DNA of 64,000 nt from Candidatus Omnitrophota bacterium (GCA_041650295.1 JBAZLM010000006.1:728-64727), one strand, 5' to 3'; numbered from the stretch's first letter, positions 21,443-31,724 are shown. Notes: generated by a model not told the origin, from the sequence alone. Numbers and translations are program-made.

Positions 21443-22232
21443 AATGGCTAAAGTAGATATATTAAAAGATATTGTGGCTAAAAAGAAAGAAAAAATTGAG
21501 TTGGCTAAGCAACAATTAATTTTAGATGAATTAATGATAAAAGTAGCTACTCTACCGCCTACTCGACCATTTAAAGAGGTAATTAGTAAACCGCGCCAGA
21601 TTGCCTTAATTGGTGAGATCAAGCAAGCTTCACCTTCTAAAGGGATGATTCGTCAGGATTTTAATTTACTGGAGATTGCGCGTAGCTATCAAGAAGCAGG
21701 GGCGCAGGCACTTTCAGTATTAACGGAAGAAGATTTTTTTAAGGGGAATTCTATCTATATTAATGAAGTAAAGACAGTATTTAGTGGGCCGGTTTTAAGA
21801 AAAGATTTTATTATAGATAGTTATCAAGTTTATGAATCCCGTCTTTTGGGAGCAGATGCTATTTTATTAATTGCGGATTTGTTGACTAAAGAAAAGTTAG
21901 TGGAGTTTATGCGCATCGCGGATGCTTTGGGTTTGGATTATTTGGTTGAGGTTCACGATGAGAAAGAGTTGAAAAAAGTTCTAGGTCTTAAAGTTCCCAT
22001 AATTGGAATTAATAACCGAAATCTGCGTACTTTAGAGGTGGATTTTAAAACTACAGAAAAATTATTTACTTTAATCCCTAGAGATAAGGTGGTAGTAGTG
22101 GAGAGCGGGATCAAAAGTTCTCAGGATATTTTATTTTTAAAAATTTTAGGAGCAAGTGCGGTTTTAGTGGGGACTGCTTTTATGGAATCAGTGGATATAA
22201 AGAATAAGGTTCTGGAGGTAATGGGTTGGTAA
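21432..22232 (+). CDS. trpC: Indole-3-glycerol phosphate synthase
   Basis: IGEIKQASPSKG and GINNRNL motifs. Confidence 0.88.
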   Translation: MYNKMAKVDILKDIVAKKKEKIELAKQQLILDELMIKVATLPPTRPFKEVISKPRQIALIGEIKQASPSKGMIRQDFNLLEIARSYQEAGAQALSVLTEEDFFKGNSIYINEVKTVFSGPVLRKDFIIDSYQVYESRLLGADAILLIADLLTKEKLVEFMRIADALGLDYLVEVHDEKELKKVLGLKVPIIGINNRNLRTLEVDFKTTEKLFTLIPRDKVVVVESGIKSSQDILFLKILGASAVLVGTAFMESVDIKNKVLEVMGW

Positions 22233-22834
22233 AGGTAAAGATTTGCGGCATTACTAATCTAGAAGATGCTTTGTTTAGTTATTTTTTGGGAGCGCAGGCT
22301 TTAGGTTTTGTATTTTACAAGAAAAGTCTACGTTATATTAATCCCATTAAAGCTAGGAATATTGCGCGAATTTTACCTAAAAAAGTTAGTTTAGTCGGTG
22401 TGTTTGTAAATGCAAAGGTTTCTGATGTAAAAAAAATTGCTAAGCTTTGTAATTTGGATATGTTGCAATTTCACGGAGAGGAGTCTCCAGAGTATTGTCA
22501 GCAATTTAAAGGTTATAAAGTAATTAAAGCTTTTAGAGTACGCACCAAAGATGATTTAAAAGATATGGCTAAGTATAAAACTTTTGCTTATCTTTTTGAT
22601 AGTTTTTCTAAAGTCTCTCAAGGCGGTTCTGGTAAGAGATTTAACTGGAAAATATTGGCGCAAATAGCTACAATAAGACCGGTTGTATTTTTATCTGGTG
22701 GATTAACTGCTAAAAATGTAAAGTCAGCAATAAAATTTTTGAAACCTGATTGGGTGGATCTTTCTAGTAGTTTAGAATTAAAACCAGGAAAAAAAGATCA
22801 TATAAAGATCCAAAAATTTATGAAAGCAGTCTGA
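22226..22834 (+). CDS. trpF: Phosphoribosylanthranilate isomerase
   Basis: MVKVKICGIT N-terminus. TTG start. Confidence 0.88.
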   Translation: MVKVKICGITNLEDALFSYFLGAQALGFVFYKKSLRYINPIKARNIARILPKKVSLVGVFVNAKVSDVKKIAKLCNLDMLQFHGEESPEYCQQFKGYKVIKAFRVRTKDDLKDMAKYKTFAYLFDSFSKVSQGGSGKRFNWKILAQIATIRPVVFLSGGLTAKNVKSAIKFLKPDWVDLSSSLELKPGKKDHIKIQKFMKAV

Positions 22835-22836
22835 AT

Positions 22837-23190
22837 ATGAAAAAATGCCCGTTTTGCGCTGAAGAGATTCAAGATGAGGCGATTAAATGTAAGCATTGTG
22901 GTGAGTTTTTAAAGAAAAAGAATAAAGTCTTTAATTGTTTATTTGGCTGTTTAGTAGCTTTAGTAGTTCTTGTTTTATTTGGCACAGCAGTTATTTATTT
23001 TATTTCTTTTGCTTATAATGCTTTAATTTATAAAATGATGGCTTGGCAGGCGAATTTACCGCATTTTAATTTACCTTTTACTCCCAATGGTGCAGAAGTG
23101 ATGTTTAATAATTTAGGAGAAGGATTTAAAATTTTTAAAGAGTTTTTAAGTAATGATTCATTAAAAGATTATCAGAGAATTACATTCTAG
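22837..23190 (+). CDS. Zinc-ribbon (CxxC...CxxC) single-pass membrane protein, unknown function
   Basis: [24 protein letters not shown] followed by a TM helix. Inserted between trpF and trpB. Confidence 0.45.
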   Translation: MKKCPFCAEEIQDEAIKCKHCGEFLKKKNKVFNCLFGCLVALVVLVLFGTAVIYFISFAYNALIYKMMAWQANLPHFNLPFTPNGAEVMFNNLGEGFKIFKEFLSNDSLKDYQRITF

Positions 23191-23192
23191 CG

Positions 23193-24368
23193 ATGAAAAA
23201 TAAAATACCAGATAAAAGCGGACATTTTGGGGTTTTTGGAGGCAGATATGTTCCGGAGACATTAATTTTTGCTCTAGATGAATTAGAGAATGAATATCTT
23301 CAGGCAAAAAAAGATAAAAAATTTATAAAAGAATTAGATTTTTATCTTAACGAATATGCCGGCCGACCCACGCCGTTATATTTAGCTAAAAATTTAAGCC
23401 AGTATTTAGGTATAAAAAAGATTTATTTAAAACGCGAAGATCTTTTGCATACCGGAGCACATAAAATTAATAATACTTTAGGCCAAGTGCTTTTAGCCGT
23501 GAGGATGGGCAAAAAAAGATTGATTGCCGAAACCGGAGCTGGTCAACATGGAGTGGCTACGGCAACGGTAGCGGCTTTATTTGGACTAAAATGCGATGTA
23601 TATATGGGAGAAGAAGATATTCATCGTCAGGCTTTAAATGTTTTGCGCATGAAATTATTAGGGGCAGAAGTGATTAGTGTGAAAAGCGGTACGCAAACAT
23701 TGAAAGATGCGATGACGCAAGCTTTACGTGATTGGGTCACTAATGTGCGAGATACTCATTATGTTATTGGTACAGTAGCTGGTCCACATCCTTATCCTGA
23801 GATGGTGCGTAATTTTCAAGCGGTTATTGGGATTGAAACCAGGGCACAAATTTTAAAAAAAGAAAATCGTCTGCCAGATTATTTGTTGGCTTGTGTGGGA
23901 GGCGGAAGCAATGCTATTGGTTTATTCCATCCTTTTTTTAATGATTACAAAGTAAAAATGATCGGAGTAGAAGCAGCTGGATTAGGAATAGCTTCAGGAA
24001 AACATTCAGTTAGTCTAGAAGCTGGCGCTACAGGTGTTTTACACGGCTCAAAGTCTAAAATATTAGAAGATAAATTTGGCCAGATTAAGAATGCGCATTC
24101 GATTGCCGCTGGCCTAGATTATCCTGGGGTTGGCCCGGAACATGCCTATTATAGAGAAATAAAACGTGCTGTTTATGTTTCTACCACGGATAAAGAAGCC
24201 ATGGAAGGATTTAAATTATTATCTAAGATTGAAGGAATTATTCCGGCTTTAGAGTCTGCCCATGCGATTGCTTATTTAAAAAAATCAGCTAAAAAGTTTA
24301 GTAAAAATTCTATTGTGGTTGTCTGTCTTTCTGGAAGAGGGGATAAGGACTTACATGAATCGTATTGA
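23193..24368 (+). CDS. trpB: Tryptophan synthase beta chain
   Basis: PLP-lysine region HTGAHKINN and GGGSNAIG. Confidence 0.93.
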   Translation: MKNKIPDKSGHFGVFGGRYVPETLIFALDELENEYLQAKKDKKFIKELDFYLNEYAGRPTPLYLAKNLSQYLGIKKIYLKREDLLHTGAHKINNTLGQVLLAVRMGKKRLIAETGAGQHGVATATVAALFGLKCDVYMGEEDIHRQALNVLRMKLLGAEVISVKSGTQTLKDAMTQALRDWVTNVRDTHYVIGTVAGPHPYPEMVRNFQAVIGIETRAQILKKENRLPDYLLACVGGGSNAIGLFHPFFNDYKVKMIGVEAAGLGIASGKHSVSLEAGATGVLHGSKSKILEDKFGQIKNAHSIAAGLDYPGVGPEHAYYREIKRAVYVSTTDKEAMEGFKLLSKIEGIIPALESAHAIAYLKKSAKKFSKNSIVVVCLSGRGDKDLHESY

Positions 24369-25140
24369 TCAGAAATTTATACAATTAAAAAAAGAAGAGA
24401 AAAAGGCGCTGATTGCTTTTATTACTGCAGGGTATCCGGATTCGGCGACGACGGTTAAGTTGGTTATAGAACTTGAAAAGAAAGGTGTTGATATAATTGA
24501 GTTAGGCGTGCCTTTTTCTGATCCTTTAGCTGACGGGCCAGTAATTCAAGAGGCTTCTGCTGTAGCACTTAGAAAAGGTATAAATTTGAATCAGATTTTA
24601 GGTTTAGTAAAAAAATTACGTAGAACCGTAAGTTTGCCAATTTGTTTAATGACTTATTATAATCCAATTTTTTGTTTTGGTGATCAACGTTTTATTGATC
24701 AAGCAGTCTCAAGCGGAGTGGACGCAGTGATTATTCCAGATTTACCTCCGGAAGAAGCTAGAGAATTTACTGCTTATGCTAATGGCAAGGGTTTAGCCAA
24801 TGTTTGTTTTATTACTCCTACAAGCTCTTTGGTACGAATTAAAGAGATAGTTAAAATTTCTAAAGGATTTATTTATTATGTTTCTTTAACTGGGGTTACT
24901 GGAGGACGCAAGAGTTTGAGTGCGGATTTAAAAGCTAATTTAATTAAAATTAAAAAAATAACTACTAAACCGGTTTGTGTGGGTTTTGGTATATCTAATG
25001 CAGCACAAGTTAAAGTAGTGAATAAAATTTCCGATGGTGTAATTGTGGGCAGTGCGATTGTTAAAAAGATTAAAGAAAATATTGGCCAGTCAGATTTAGT
25101 GCGCAGAGTAGGTAACTTTGTAGAAAGCTTAAATGTATAA
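24355..25140 (+). CDS. trpA: Tryptophan synthase alpha chain
   Basis: MNRIDQKF..., [22 protein letters not shown] at 24355 overlaps the trpB end. Confidence 0.9.
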   Translation: MNRIDQKFIQLKKEEKKALIAFITAGYPDSATTVKLVIELEKKGVDIIELGVPFSDPLADGPVIQEASAVALRKGINLNQILGLVKKLRRTVSLPICLMTYYNPIFCFGDQRFIDQAVSSGVDAVIIPDLPPEEAREFTAYANGKGLANVCFITPTSSLVRIKEIVKISKGFIYYVSLTGVTGGRKSLSADLKANLIKIKKITTKPVCVGFGISNAAQVKVVNKISDGVIVGSAIVKKIKENIGQSDLVRRVGNFVESLNV

Positions 25141-26401
25141 AAAAGATAAATTAGATAATGGATTAAGGGTTATTACTAATCAGCTTAGCGCAATGCAATC
25201 GGTATCTTTAGGTATTTGGATTAATATCGGCGGTCGTTATGAAGAAAGTTCTACTAAGGGGGTTTCACATTTTTTAGAACACTTGCTTTTTAAGGGGAGT
25301 AAAAAATATTCTTGTCGGGGGATTAAAGAGTCTATCGAAGGGATTGGTGGTTCATTAAATGGTTTTACTTCTGAAGAGCTTACTTGTTATTTAGTCAAGA
25401 TCCCCAGTCGTTATTTAATCCAAGCTTTAGAAATTTTATCGGATATGGTATTACATCCCGCATTAAAAGAAGCAGATGTAATTAAGGAGAGAACCGTAAT
25501 TTTGGAAGAGTTAAAGATGTATCGAGACTTGCCGCAAAATTACGTTTATGATTTATTAGATGAATTACTTTGGCCTAATCAAGCCTTAGGTTCGCCGGTA
25601 ATTGGAACAGTGGAATCGATCAGCAATATCAATCGTAATATTTTAAAAGAATATCAGATTAGCCATTATACTCCAGCCAATATGGTCATTAGTGCTGCGG
25701 GATTATTAGATCACAATTCATTAGTTAAAAAAATCGCCGATATTTTTTCCTCATCGGCTAAAGCAAGGTTAAATACATTTGTTCCAGTGGTAGAAGATTC
25801 CGTAAAGCCTCAATTAAAAATTTTCCATAAAGAAACCGAACAAACGCATATGGCCCTAGGTTTTCATGCTTTAAAACGCGGGGATAAATTAAAACATGCT
25901 CAAGCTTTACTGCATGTTATTTTAGGAGCCAATATGTCTAGTCGGCTTTTTAATGAAGTTAGAGAAAAAAAAGGCCTGGCTTATGAAATTGGCACGGGAG
26001 TTAAACGTTATGCCGATACGGGAGCTTTTGTTGTCCATGCGGGGATTGATAATCGTAAGGTAGAAGATTGTTTGAGTTTAATTTTTAAAGAGTTAAGAAA
26101 GATTAGGGATGCGCAGGTAAGTAAAGATGAATTTAAGCGGGCAAAAGAGTTTTGTTCAGGTCAGCTTAGCTTGGCATTAGAGGATACTATGGAGTATATG
26201 CTTTGGATGGGTGAGAGCGTTGCTTGTTTAGATAAAGTGCATACGTTAGAACAGGTTATTCAAGAAATTAATAAAGTAAGTATTGAGGATATCCAGGCAG
26301 TGGCTAAGGTGATCTTTGATCATAAAAAAATAAATTTAGCATTAATTGGTCCGATAAGTAAAAATCAAAAGAATATTTATGCAAAACTCAATTTAAAATA
26401 A
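25133..26401 (+). CDS. M16-family zinc metallopeptidase (insulinase-like)
   Basis: HxxEH motif in GVSHFLEHLLFKG; about 420 aa. Confidence 0.8.
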   Translation: MYKKDKLDNGLRVITNQLSAMQSVSLGIWINIGGRYEESSTKGVSHFLEHLLFKGSKKYSCRGIKESIEGIGGSLNGFTSEELTCYLVKIPSRYLIQALEILSDMVLHPALKEADVIKERTVILEELKMYRDLPQNYVYDLLDELLWPNQALGSPVIGTVESISNINRNILKEYQISHYTPANMVISAAGLLDHNSLVKKIADIFSSSAKARLNTFVPVVEDSVKPQLKIFHKETEQTHMALGFHALKRGDKLKHAQALLHVILGANMSSRLFNEVREKKGLAYEIGTGVKRYADTGAFVVHAGIDNRKVEDCLSLIFKELRKIRDAQVSKDEFKRAKEFCSGQLSLALEDTMEYMLWMGESVACLDKVHTLEQVIQEINKVSIEDIQAVAKVIFDHKKINLALIGPISKNQKNIYAKLNLK

Positions 26402-26402
26402 G

Positions 26403-27404
26403 ATGATTATAATTTTAATACTATTAATTTTATTAGTAATTTCATTCTTTTTTTCCTCTGCGGAAACTTCGATTATCGGCATTAGTAAAATAAAATTGCG
26501 TCATATGGTGCAAAAGGGGATCAAAGGCGCTCAGAATATTCAGCGTCTAGTTTCTAAAATAGATAAGGTAATTGCAGCCATATTGATTGGTAATAATATT
26601 GTTAATATCGCCATCTCTTCTATTGTTACAGGTATATTTGTTCAAGTTTACGGTTATCGTTGGGGGGTGTTGGCCTCAACTTTTGCTACTACCATGGTTT
26701 TGCTTATTTTTTGCGAAATTACTCCTAAAATTTTAGCGGCTAAACATGCGGAGAAGGTGGCCATTGTTACTGCTCCGATTCTGGAAGTAGTTTTAAAGAT
26801 ATTTAAACCACTGGTTATTTTTTTCATTTGGGTTAGCCATTCTATCCTTAAGCTGTTTGGTTTAAGTACTTCTAAAAAATCTCCGATTATTACCGAAGAA
26901 GAATTAAGAGCAATGATTGAAATCGGTAAAGAAGAAGGGGTTTTAAGCGAAGACCAGCGTAAAATGTTGCACCGAATCTTTGAATTCGGTGATACTCAGT
27001 TAACTGATGTGATGGTGCCCAAGGAAAAGATTGTCGCTGTAGATGTAAACACTAGTTCAGATAATTTGTTAAATATCTTTGTGGAGGAAGGCCATGCGCG
27101 CCTTCCGGTATATAAGGACCATAAAGAAAACATCGTGGGGATAGTTTACGCTCAGGATCTGCTTTATATCTTACGTGAAAAAGGATTATTCTTATTGCAA
27201 GACCTGTTGCACGAAGCTGCTTTTATTCCTAGTAACACTCGAGTAAATGATCTTTTAAAAAGGTTCCAAAACGAAAAAATGCAGATTGCTATTGTGGTAG
27301 ATAAAGATAAAAAACTTTTAGGCTTAGTGACCTTAGAGGATTTAATAGAAGAAATCGTGGGAGAGATTGAAGAAAAATATTTTAAGGGTAGAAAACGCAA
27401 GTAA
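26403..27404 (+). CDS. CNNM/CorC-HlyC family transporter (DUF21 + CBS pair + CorC domain)
   Basis: N-terminal TM DUF21, CBS pair and transporter-associated C-domain. Confidence 0.8.
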   Translation: MIIILILLILLVISFFFSSAETSIIGISKIKLRHMVQKGIKGAQNIQRLVSKIDKVIAAILIGNNIVNIAISSIVTGIFVQVYGYRWGVLASTFATTMVLLIFCEITPKILAAKHAEKVAIVTAPILEVVLKIFKPLVIFFIWVSHSILKLFGLSTSKKSPIITEEELRAMIEIGKEEGVLSEDQRKMLHRIFEFGDTQLTDVMVPKEKIVAVDVNTSSDNLLNIFVEEGHARLPVYKDHKENIVGIVYAQDLLYILREKGLFLLQDLLHEAAFIPSNTRVNDLLKRFQNEKMQIAIVVDKDKKLLGLVTLEDLIEEIVGEIEEKYFKGRKRK

Positions 27405-27409
27405 ATAAA

Positions 27410-27438
27410 TTGACAGTAAAATTAACCTGTGTTAAAAT
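27410..27438 (+). promoter_or_regulatory. Sigma70 promoter TTGACA-17-TAAAAT with extended -10 TG
   Basis: Perfect -35, 17-bp spacer, TGtTAAAAT; 48 nt upstream of a small ORF with an AGGAGG RBS. Confidence 0.6.
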
Positions 27439-27485
27439 TAGTCGTTGTTAGAAATATGTATGCAACATAAAATAGGAGGAAACAA

Positions 27486-27638
27486 ATGGCAGAAACAGGA
27501 TATTGCGTAAAATGTAAAAGTAAAAAAGATATGAAAGATGAACAGAAGGTCACCATGAAGAATGGTCGTGAGGCAATGAAAGGCAAATGTTCGTCATGCG
27601 GAACCGGTATGTATAAAATTTTAGGAAAAAGTAAGTAA
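27486..27638 (+). CDS. Small zinc-ribbon protein (50 aa), unknown function
   Basis: MAETGYCVKCKSKK...KGKCSSCGTGMYKILGKSK: two CxxC pairs. AGGAGG RBS 6 nt upstream. Not in the ORF track because it is under 60 aa. The antisense 87-aa ORF 27422-27685 is rejected. Confidence 0.5.
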   Translation: MAETGYCVKCKSKKDMKDEQKVTMKNGREAMKGKCSSCGTGMYKILGKSK

Positions 27639-27663
27639 TCTGTAGCTAGGATAGGAGTAAAAG

Positions 27664-28032
27664 ATAGATTCGAAAGCTTTAGCACAACGTATTGCTGGGG
27701 TAGCTAAATCTAAGAAAGCCGAGGACGTGGTGATCTTGGATGTTTCTAAGATTGCCGGATTTTGTGATTACTTTGTGCTGGCTAGTGGTAACTCGCTAAG
27801 ACAAGCTGCGGCAATTGCCCAAGCAATTCTAGATGATTTAGAAGCAGAAAAAATTAAATCTCTCTCAAAGGTTTATCGAAATGATGAATCGGGTTGGTTT
27901 GCCTTAGATTATGTTTCTGTAATCGCTCATTCTTTCTATAAACCAGTGAGAGAGTTTTATTGTTTAGAGGGGCTTTGGTCTGATGCAAAAAAAGTCAGAG
28001 TAGTCGCTCCTAAGAAACAGAAGCTTGCCTAA
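27664..28032 (+). CDS. rsfS: Ribosome silencing factor RsfS (Iojap family)
   Basis: KAEDVVILDVSKIAGFCDYFVLASGNS...YVSVIAHSF. No ATG/GTG/TTG lies upstream of the conserved core after the in-frame TAA at 27658-27660. An AGGAG at 27652-27656 precedes ATA(27664); ATT(27691) is another candidate. Start is uncertain. Confidence 0.7.
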   Translation: MDSKALAQRIAGVAKSKKAEDVVILDVSKIAGFCDYFVLASGNSLRQAAAIAQAILDDLEAEKIKSLSKVYRNDESGWFALDYVSVIAHSFYKPVREFYCLEGLWSDAKKVRVVAPKKQKLA

Positions 28033-28062
28033 TTTGCACCAACCGTAATTTATAAATTTAAA

Positions 28063-29697
28063 ATGAAAAATGATATTCAAGGCCAACTAATTGTTTTAAT
28101 TGGCTCAACGCTTAAAAATTTAGATCCGGCTGCTATCAATCAAGAGATCTTTTTAGATCTTCCTACGGATAAGCGTTTCGGTGATTTTACCACTAATATC
28201 GCTTTAAAATTAAGCAAATTATTAAAAAAATCTCCTCAGGTTATCGCTAAGGATCTGGTAGTCTGCCTGCAGCAAGAAATACTAAAATCAGATTTAAAAG
28301 ATTTAATTACTCAAATAAAAGTTGAAGGGGTAGGATTTATTAATTTTTATTTGAGAGAAGATTATTTTTATGAGAAATTGCGTAAAATTATTACGCAGGG
28401 TAAAGAAGCTTTAAGAATCGATTTAGGAAGAGGGAAAAAAACTTTAATTGAATTCGTTAGCGCTAATCCTACTGGTTCTTTGTCGGTAGCCCATGCCCGT
28501 CAAGCTGCAGTGGGAGATTGCTTGGCTAATGTTTTATCTTTTATTGGTTTTAACGTTAGTCGGGAATATTACCTTAATGATGAGGGTAATCAAATTAATA
28601 TTTTAGGTAAATCAGTTTTGCTGCGAATTAAAGAGCTAAAAGGGGAGAGCATTGAATTTCCTGAAGACTATTATCAGGGTGATTATATTAAAGATATCGC
28701 GAAACTTGCGCTTGAGAAAAAAATTAAGGAAGAAGAACTGGGAGATTTTGCGGGAAATTTTATTTTAGAGATTATTAAACAAGAACTAGATGATTTTAAA
28801 GTTAAATTTGACTGTTGGTATTCGCAAAAAGCATTAGCTAAAAGCGGAAAAGTTGAACAAGCTTTTGCGCAGTTAAAGAAAAAAGGTTATTTGTACCAGC
28901 AGGATGGGGCACTTTGGTTTAAGTCCACGGAATTTGGCGATGATAAAGATCGAGTGATTATTAAGAGTGACGGGAGTCAAACATATTTAGCACCAGATAT
29001 TGCTTATCATGAAGATAAATTTAAACGGGGATTTAGCTGGTTGATTAATCTTTGGGGTCCGGATCATCATGGCTATATTAATCGTATTAAAGCTTCTCTA
29101 GAAGCGTTTGGACATAAAAAGGATGATCTTGCGGTAGTTATCGTCCAGTTAGCCACAATTTTTAGAGATGGACAAGAGATTCAGATGTCTACACGTCGTG
29201 GTCAATATATAACTTTACGTGAAGTTTTAGATGAGGTGGGTGCGGATGCGGCTAGATTTTTCTTTCTTATGCGACGTACCGCTAGCCATTTGGATTTTGA
29301 TTTAGAAGTAGCTAAAAAGCAGTCTGCGGAGAATCCGGTTTATTATGTGCAGTATGCTCACGCGCGGATTTGTAGTATCTTGCGTAGCAGCGCAATAGAG
29401 ATTAAAAATAATCTAGATCTTTCGGTGCTTAAAGAGAAAGAAGAACTAAATTTAATAAAAAAATTATTAGAATTCCAGGCAACTTTAAATATTTGTCTGT
29501 TGACTTGTGATCCTTATATGGTGACTGTGTATTTGCAGGAGCTTTCAGAAAGTTTCCATAAATTTTATGACTTGCATCGGGTTTTAGGCCAAGAGGAGTC
29601 ATTGACCTGCGCCAGGCTAGCTTTAATTAAAGGGACAAAAATAGTTTTAGCTTGCGGATTAGAGTTGTTAGGAATCAGCCAACCAGAGAGCATGTAG
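28063..29697 (+). CDS. argS: Arginine--tRNA ligase
   Basis: NPTGSLSVAHARQAAVGD class-I signature region, ArgS anticodon-binding C-domain; 544 aa. Confidence 0.92.
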   Translation: MKNDIQGQLIVLIGSTLKNLDPAAINQEIFLDLPTDKRFGDFTTNIALKLSKLLKKSPQVIAKDLVVCLQQEILKSDLKDLITQIKVEGVGFINFYLREDYFYEKLRKIITQGKEALRIDLGRGKKTLIEFVSANPTGSLSVAHARQAAVGDCLANVLSFIGFNVSREYYLNDEGNQINILGKSVLLRIKELKGESIEFPEDYYQGDYIKDIAKLALEKKIKEEELGDFAGNFILEIIKQELDDFKVKFDCWYSQKALAKSGKVEQAFAQLKKKGYLYQQDGALWFKSTEFGDDKDRVIIKSDGSQTYLAPDIAYHEDKFKRGFSWLINLWGPDHHGYINRIKASLEAFGHKKDDLAVVIVQLATIFRDGQEIQMSTRRGQYITLREVLDEVGADAARFFFLMRRTASHLDFDLEVAKKQSAENPVYYVQYAHARICSILRSSAIEIKNNLDLSVLKEKEELNLIKKLLEFQATLNICLLTCDPYMVTVYLQELSESFHKFYDLHRVLGQEESLTCARLALIKGTKIVLACGLELLGISQPESM

Positions 29698-29703
29698 TAT
29701 TTT

Positions 29704-31392
29704 ATGTCTAGCCATAAAATTTTAAGAATAGCCTCCCCGCACGTATCTTTACAAAATCAATTTTCTAAAGAGTTAGGTATTTCTAAGGTATTAGCCCAGA
29801 TTTTAATTAATCGTAAAATATCTACTATAGGCTTGGCAGAAAAATTTCTTAAATCCTCTATTAGCGATTTACTTACTCCGCATTCTTTTACAGATATGCC
29901 TAAGGCGATAAGTCTGGTTAGAAAAGCGCAAGCCAATAAAGAAAAAGTAATGGTCTTTGGTGATTACGATGTCGATGGAATTACTAGTACAGTTTTACTT
30001 AAAACTACTTTAGAGAGTATTGGGTTGGAAGTTTTGCACCACATTCCACACCGCATTAGCGAAGGCTATGGCTTAAATAAAGAGATCGTTAATTTTGCTA
30101 AAACTAATAATGTTAAATTAATGGTTACTGCCGATTGTGGGATCGTCAATCATCAAGAGATTCAAAGTTTAAGAGAAGCTAACATTGATGTGATCGTGAC
30201 TGATCATCATGAACCACAAGACTCTGGGTTGCCAGCGGCATCTTGTATTATTAATCCTAAAGTAAAACATAGCGGTTATGCTTACCGGGATTTAGCCGGA
30301 GTAGGAGTGGCTTATAAGTTTGCTCAAGGAGTGACTGGATCTTTGTTGATGGATGATCTAGATCTAGTTACTTTAGGCACGATTGCCGATAGCGTGCCTT
30401 TAACCGGAGAGAATCGCATCATTGTTAAAGAGGGATTAATTAGGTTACCAGAAACTAAAAGACTGGGATTGCGCTCGATTATTGAAAATGCGGGAATAGA
30501 GAATAAAAAATTTAATGCTACTTATGTTAGCTTTATTATTGCTCCGCGCTTAAATGCACCTGGTAGAATGGCTAATGCGGAAATTTCTTTAAAATTACTG
30601 ATGAGTGAAAGTGTAGAGCAGGCCGCAGAGTTGTCCAAAGAATTAGAGAAATTTAATCGCGAGCGTCAAAAAATTGAAGGAAAGATTTTAGAAGAGGCAG
30701 AAGAGTTGATTAATCATCAGGTTAATTTTAAAGATCACAAAGTAATTGTGATTGCTAAAGAAGACTGGCATCAGGGGGTTTTAGGAATTGTGGCTTCAAA
30801 GTTAGCGGATCGTTTTTATCGGCCGGCAATTGTAATTTCGATTAATGAAAATTTATGCAAAGGATCAGCCCGTTCGATTAAAAATTTTCATCTCTTTGAT
30901 GCTTTGATGGATTCTAAGGAGCTGTTAGATAGTTTTGGCGGACATGCTCATGCTGCGGGTTTATTAATTACTAAAGATAATATTGATGAATTTAGAAAAA
31001 GTATTAATCGGTTAGCTAGCGATAGACTAACTTTAGAAGATTTGTTACCCAGCCGGGATATTGATTTAGAGTTAAATTTTGGTGATTTAAGTGAAGCACT
31101 AGTTAAAGAGCTGGAACTTTTAGAGCCGTTTGGCATGGCCAATCCGGAGCCTTTATTTTATACACGTGGATTAAGATTAAAGGGCCAGATTCAGCTTTTA
31201 AACCGGGGGACTCTAAAATTTTGGGCTACGGATGGAGTTATGACTAGACAGGTGATTGCTTTCGGAATGAGTAGTTTAAAAGAAAGTTTAAATCAGGCAG
31301 CTTCGTTTGATTTAATTTATACCCCGAAAATAGACAATTGGCGCCAAGAAGAGTCTTTGATTCTTGAGGCCAAAGATATATTTTTTAAATAG
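29704..31392 (+). CDS. recJ: Single-stranded-DNA-specific exonuclease RecJ
   Basis: DHH motifs (VFGDYDVDGITS, VIVTDHHEP), DHHA1 domain. Confidence 0.9.
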   Translation: MSSHKILRIASPHVSLQNQFSKELGISKVLAQILINRKISTIGLAEKFLKSSISDLLTPHSFTDMPKAISLVRKAQANKEKVMVFGDYDVDGITSTVLLKTTLESIGLEVLHHIPHRISEGYGLNKEIVNFAKTNNVKLMVTADCGIVNHQEIQSLREANIDVIVTDHHEPQDSGLPAASCIINPKVKHSGYAYRDLAGVGVAYKFAQGVTGSLLMDDLDLVTLGTIADSVPLTGENRIIVKEGLIRLPETKRLGLRSIIENAGIENKKFNATYVSFIIAPRLNAPGRMANAEISLKLLMSESVEQAAELSKELEKFNRERQKIEGKILEEAEELINHQVNFKDHKVIVIAKEDWHQGVLGIVASKLADRFYRPAIVISINENLCKGSARSIKNFHLFDALMDSKELLDSFGGHAHAAGLLITKDNIDEFRKSINRLASDRLTLEDLLPSRDIDLELNFGDLSEALVKELELLEPFGMANPEPLFYTRGLRLKGQIQLLNRGTLKFWATDGVMTRQVIAFGMSSLKESLNQAASFDLIYTPKIDNWRQEESLILEAKDIFFK

Positions 31393-31639
31393 CGGTATAA
31401 GGTTTGCGCGGAACGGCTTTTTTAAAATCGCCTTTTTTGATACATTTAGCGCAGATGTAAACTTTTTTAGGGGTACCTTTAACGACAATATGTACGGTTT
31501 GCAGGTTGGCTAAAAATTTACGTTTTGACCAGCGGGCGATTTTAGAACCGGTTCCGCCTTTGGCTTTATATTGACCTTTTCTGGCCAATACTTTTCCGGT
31601 CAGAGCATCTTTTTCGCAGATATAACATTTTTTAAGCAT
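31385..31639 (-). CDS. rpmB: 50S ribosomal protein L28 (with C-terminal Cys-containing extension)
   Basis: MLKKCYICEKDALTG...RWSKRKFLANLQTV resembles L28. AAGGAG RBS on the - strand. The 3' end overlaps the recJ 3' end by 8 nt (convergent). Confidence 0.8.
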   Translation of the reverse strand: MLKKCYICEKDALTGKVLARKGQYKAKGGTGSKIARWSKRKFLANLQTVHIVVKGTPKKVYICAKCIKKGDFKKAVPRKPYTAI

Positions 31640-31683
31640 TTTTAGGACTCCTTTAAATTATTTATTAATTTTACTAAGTATAC

Positions 31684-31712
31684 TTGAAATCGGGTTATTG
31701 TCAAGATAGAAT
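31684..31712 (+). promoter_or_regulatory. Sigma70 promoter TTGAAA-17-TAGAAT
   Basis: 17-bp spacer. The -10 abuts the first ATG (31713), so translation more likely starts at ATG 31725. Confidence 0.45.
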
Positions 31713-31724
31713 ATGGGAGAGTTT

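Noticed and set aside
27422-27685. 87-aa minus-strand ORF in the CorC-rsfS intergenic region
   Set aside because: Antisense to a consensus promoter, a strong RBS and a 50-aa Zn-ribbon ORF on the + strand. Hydrophobic low-complexity translation typical of antisense shadow ORFs.
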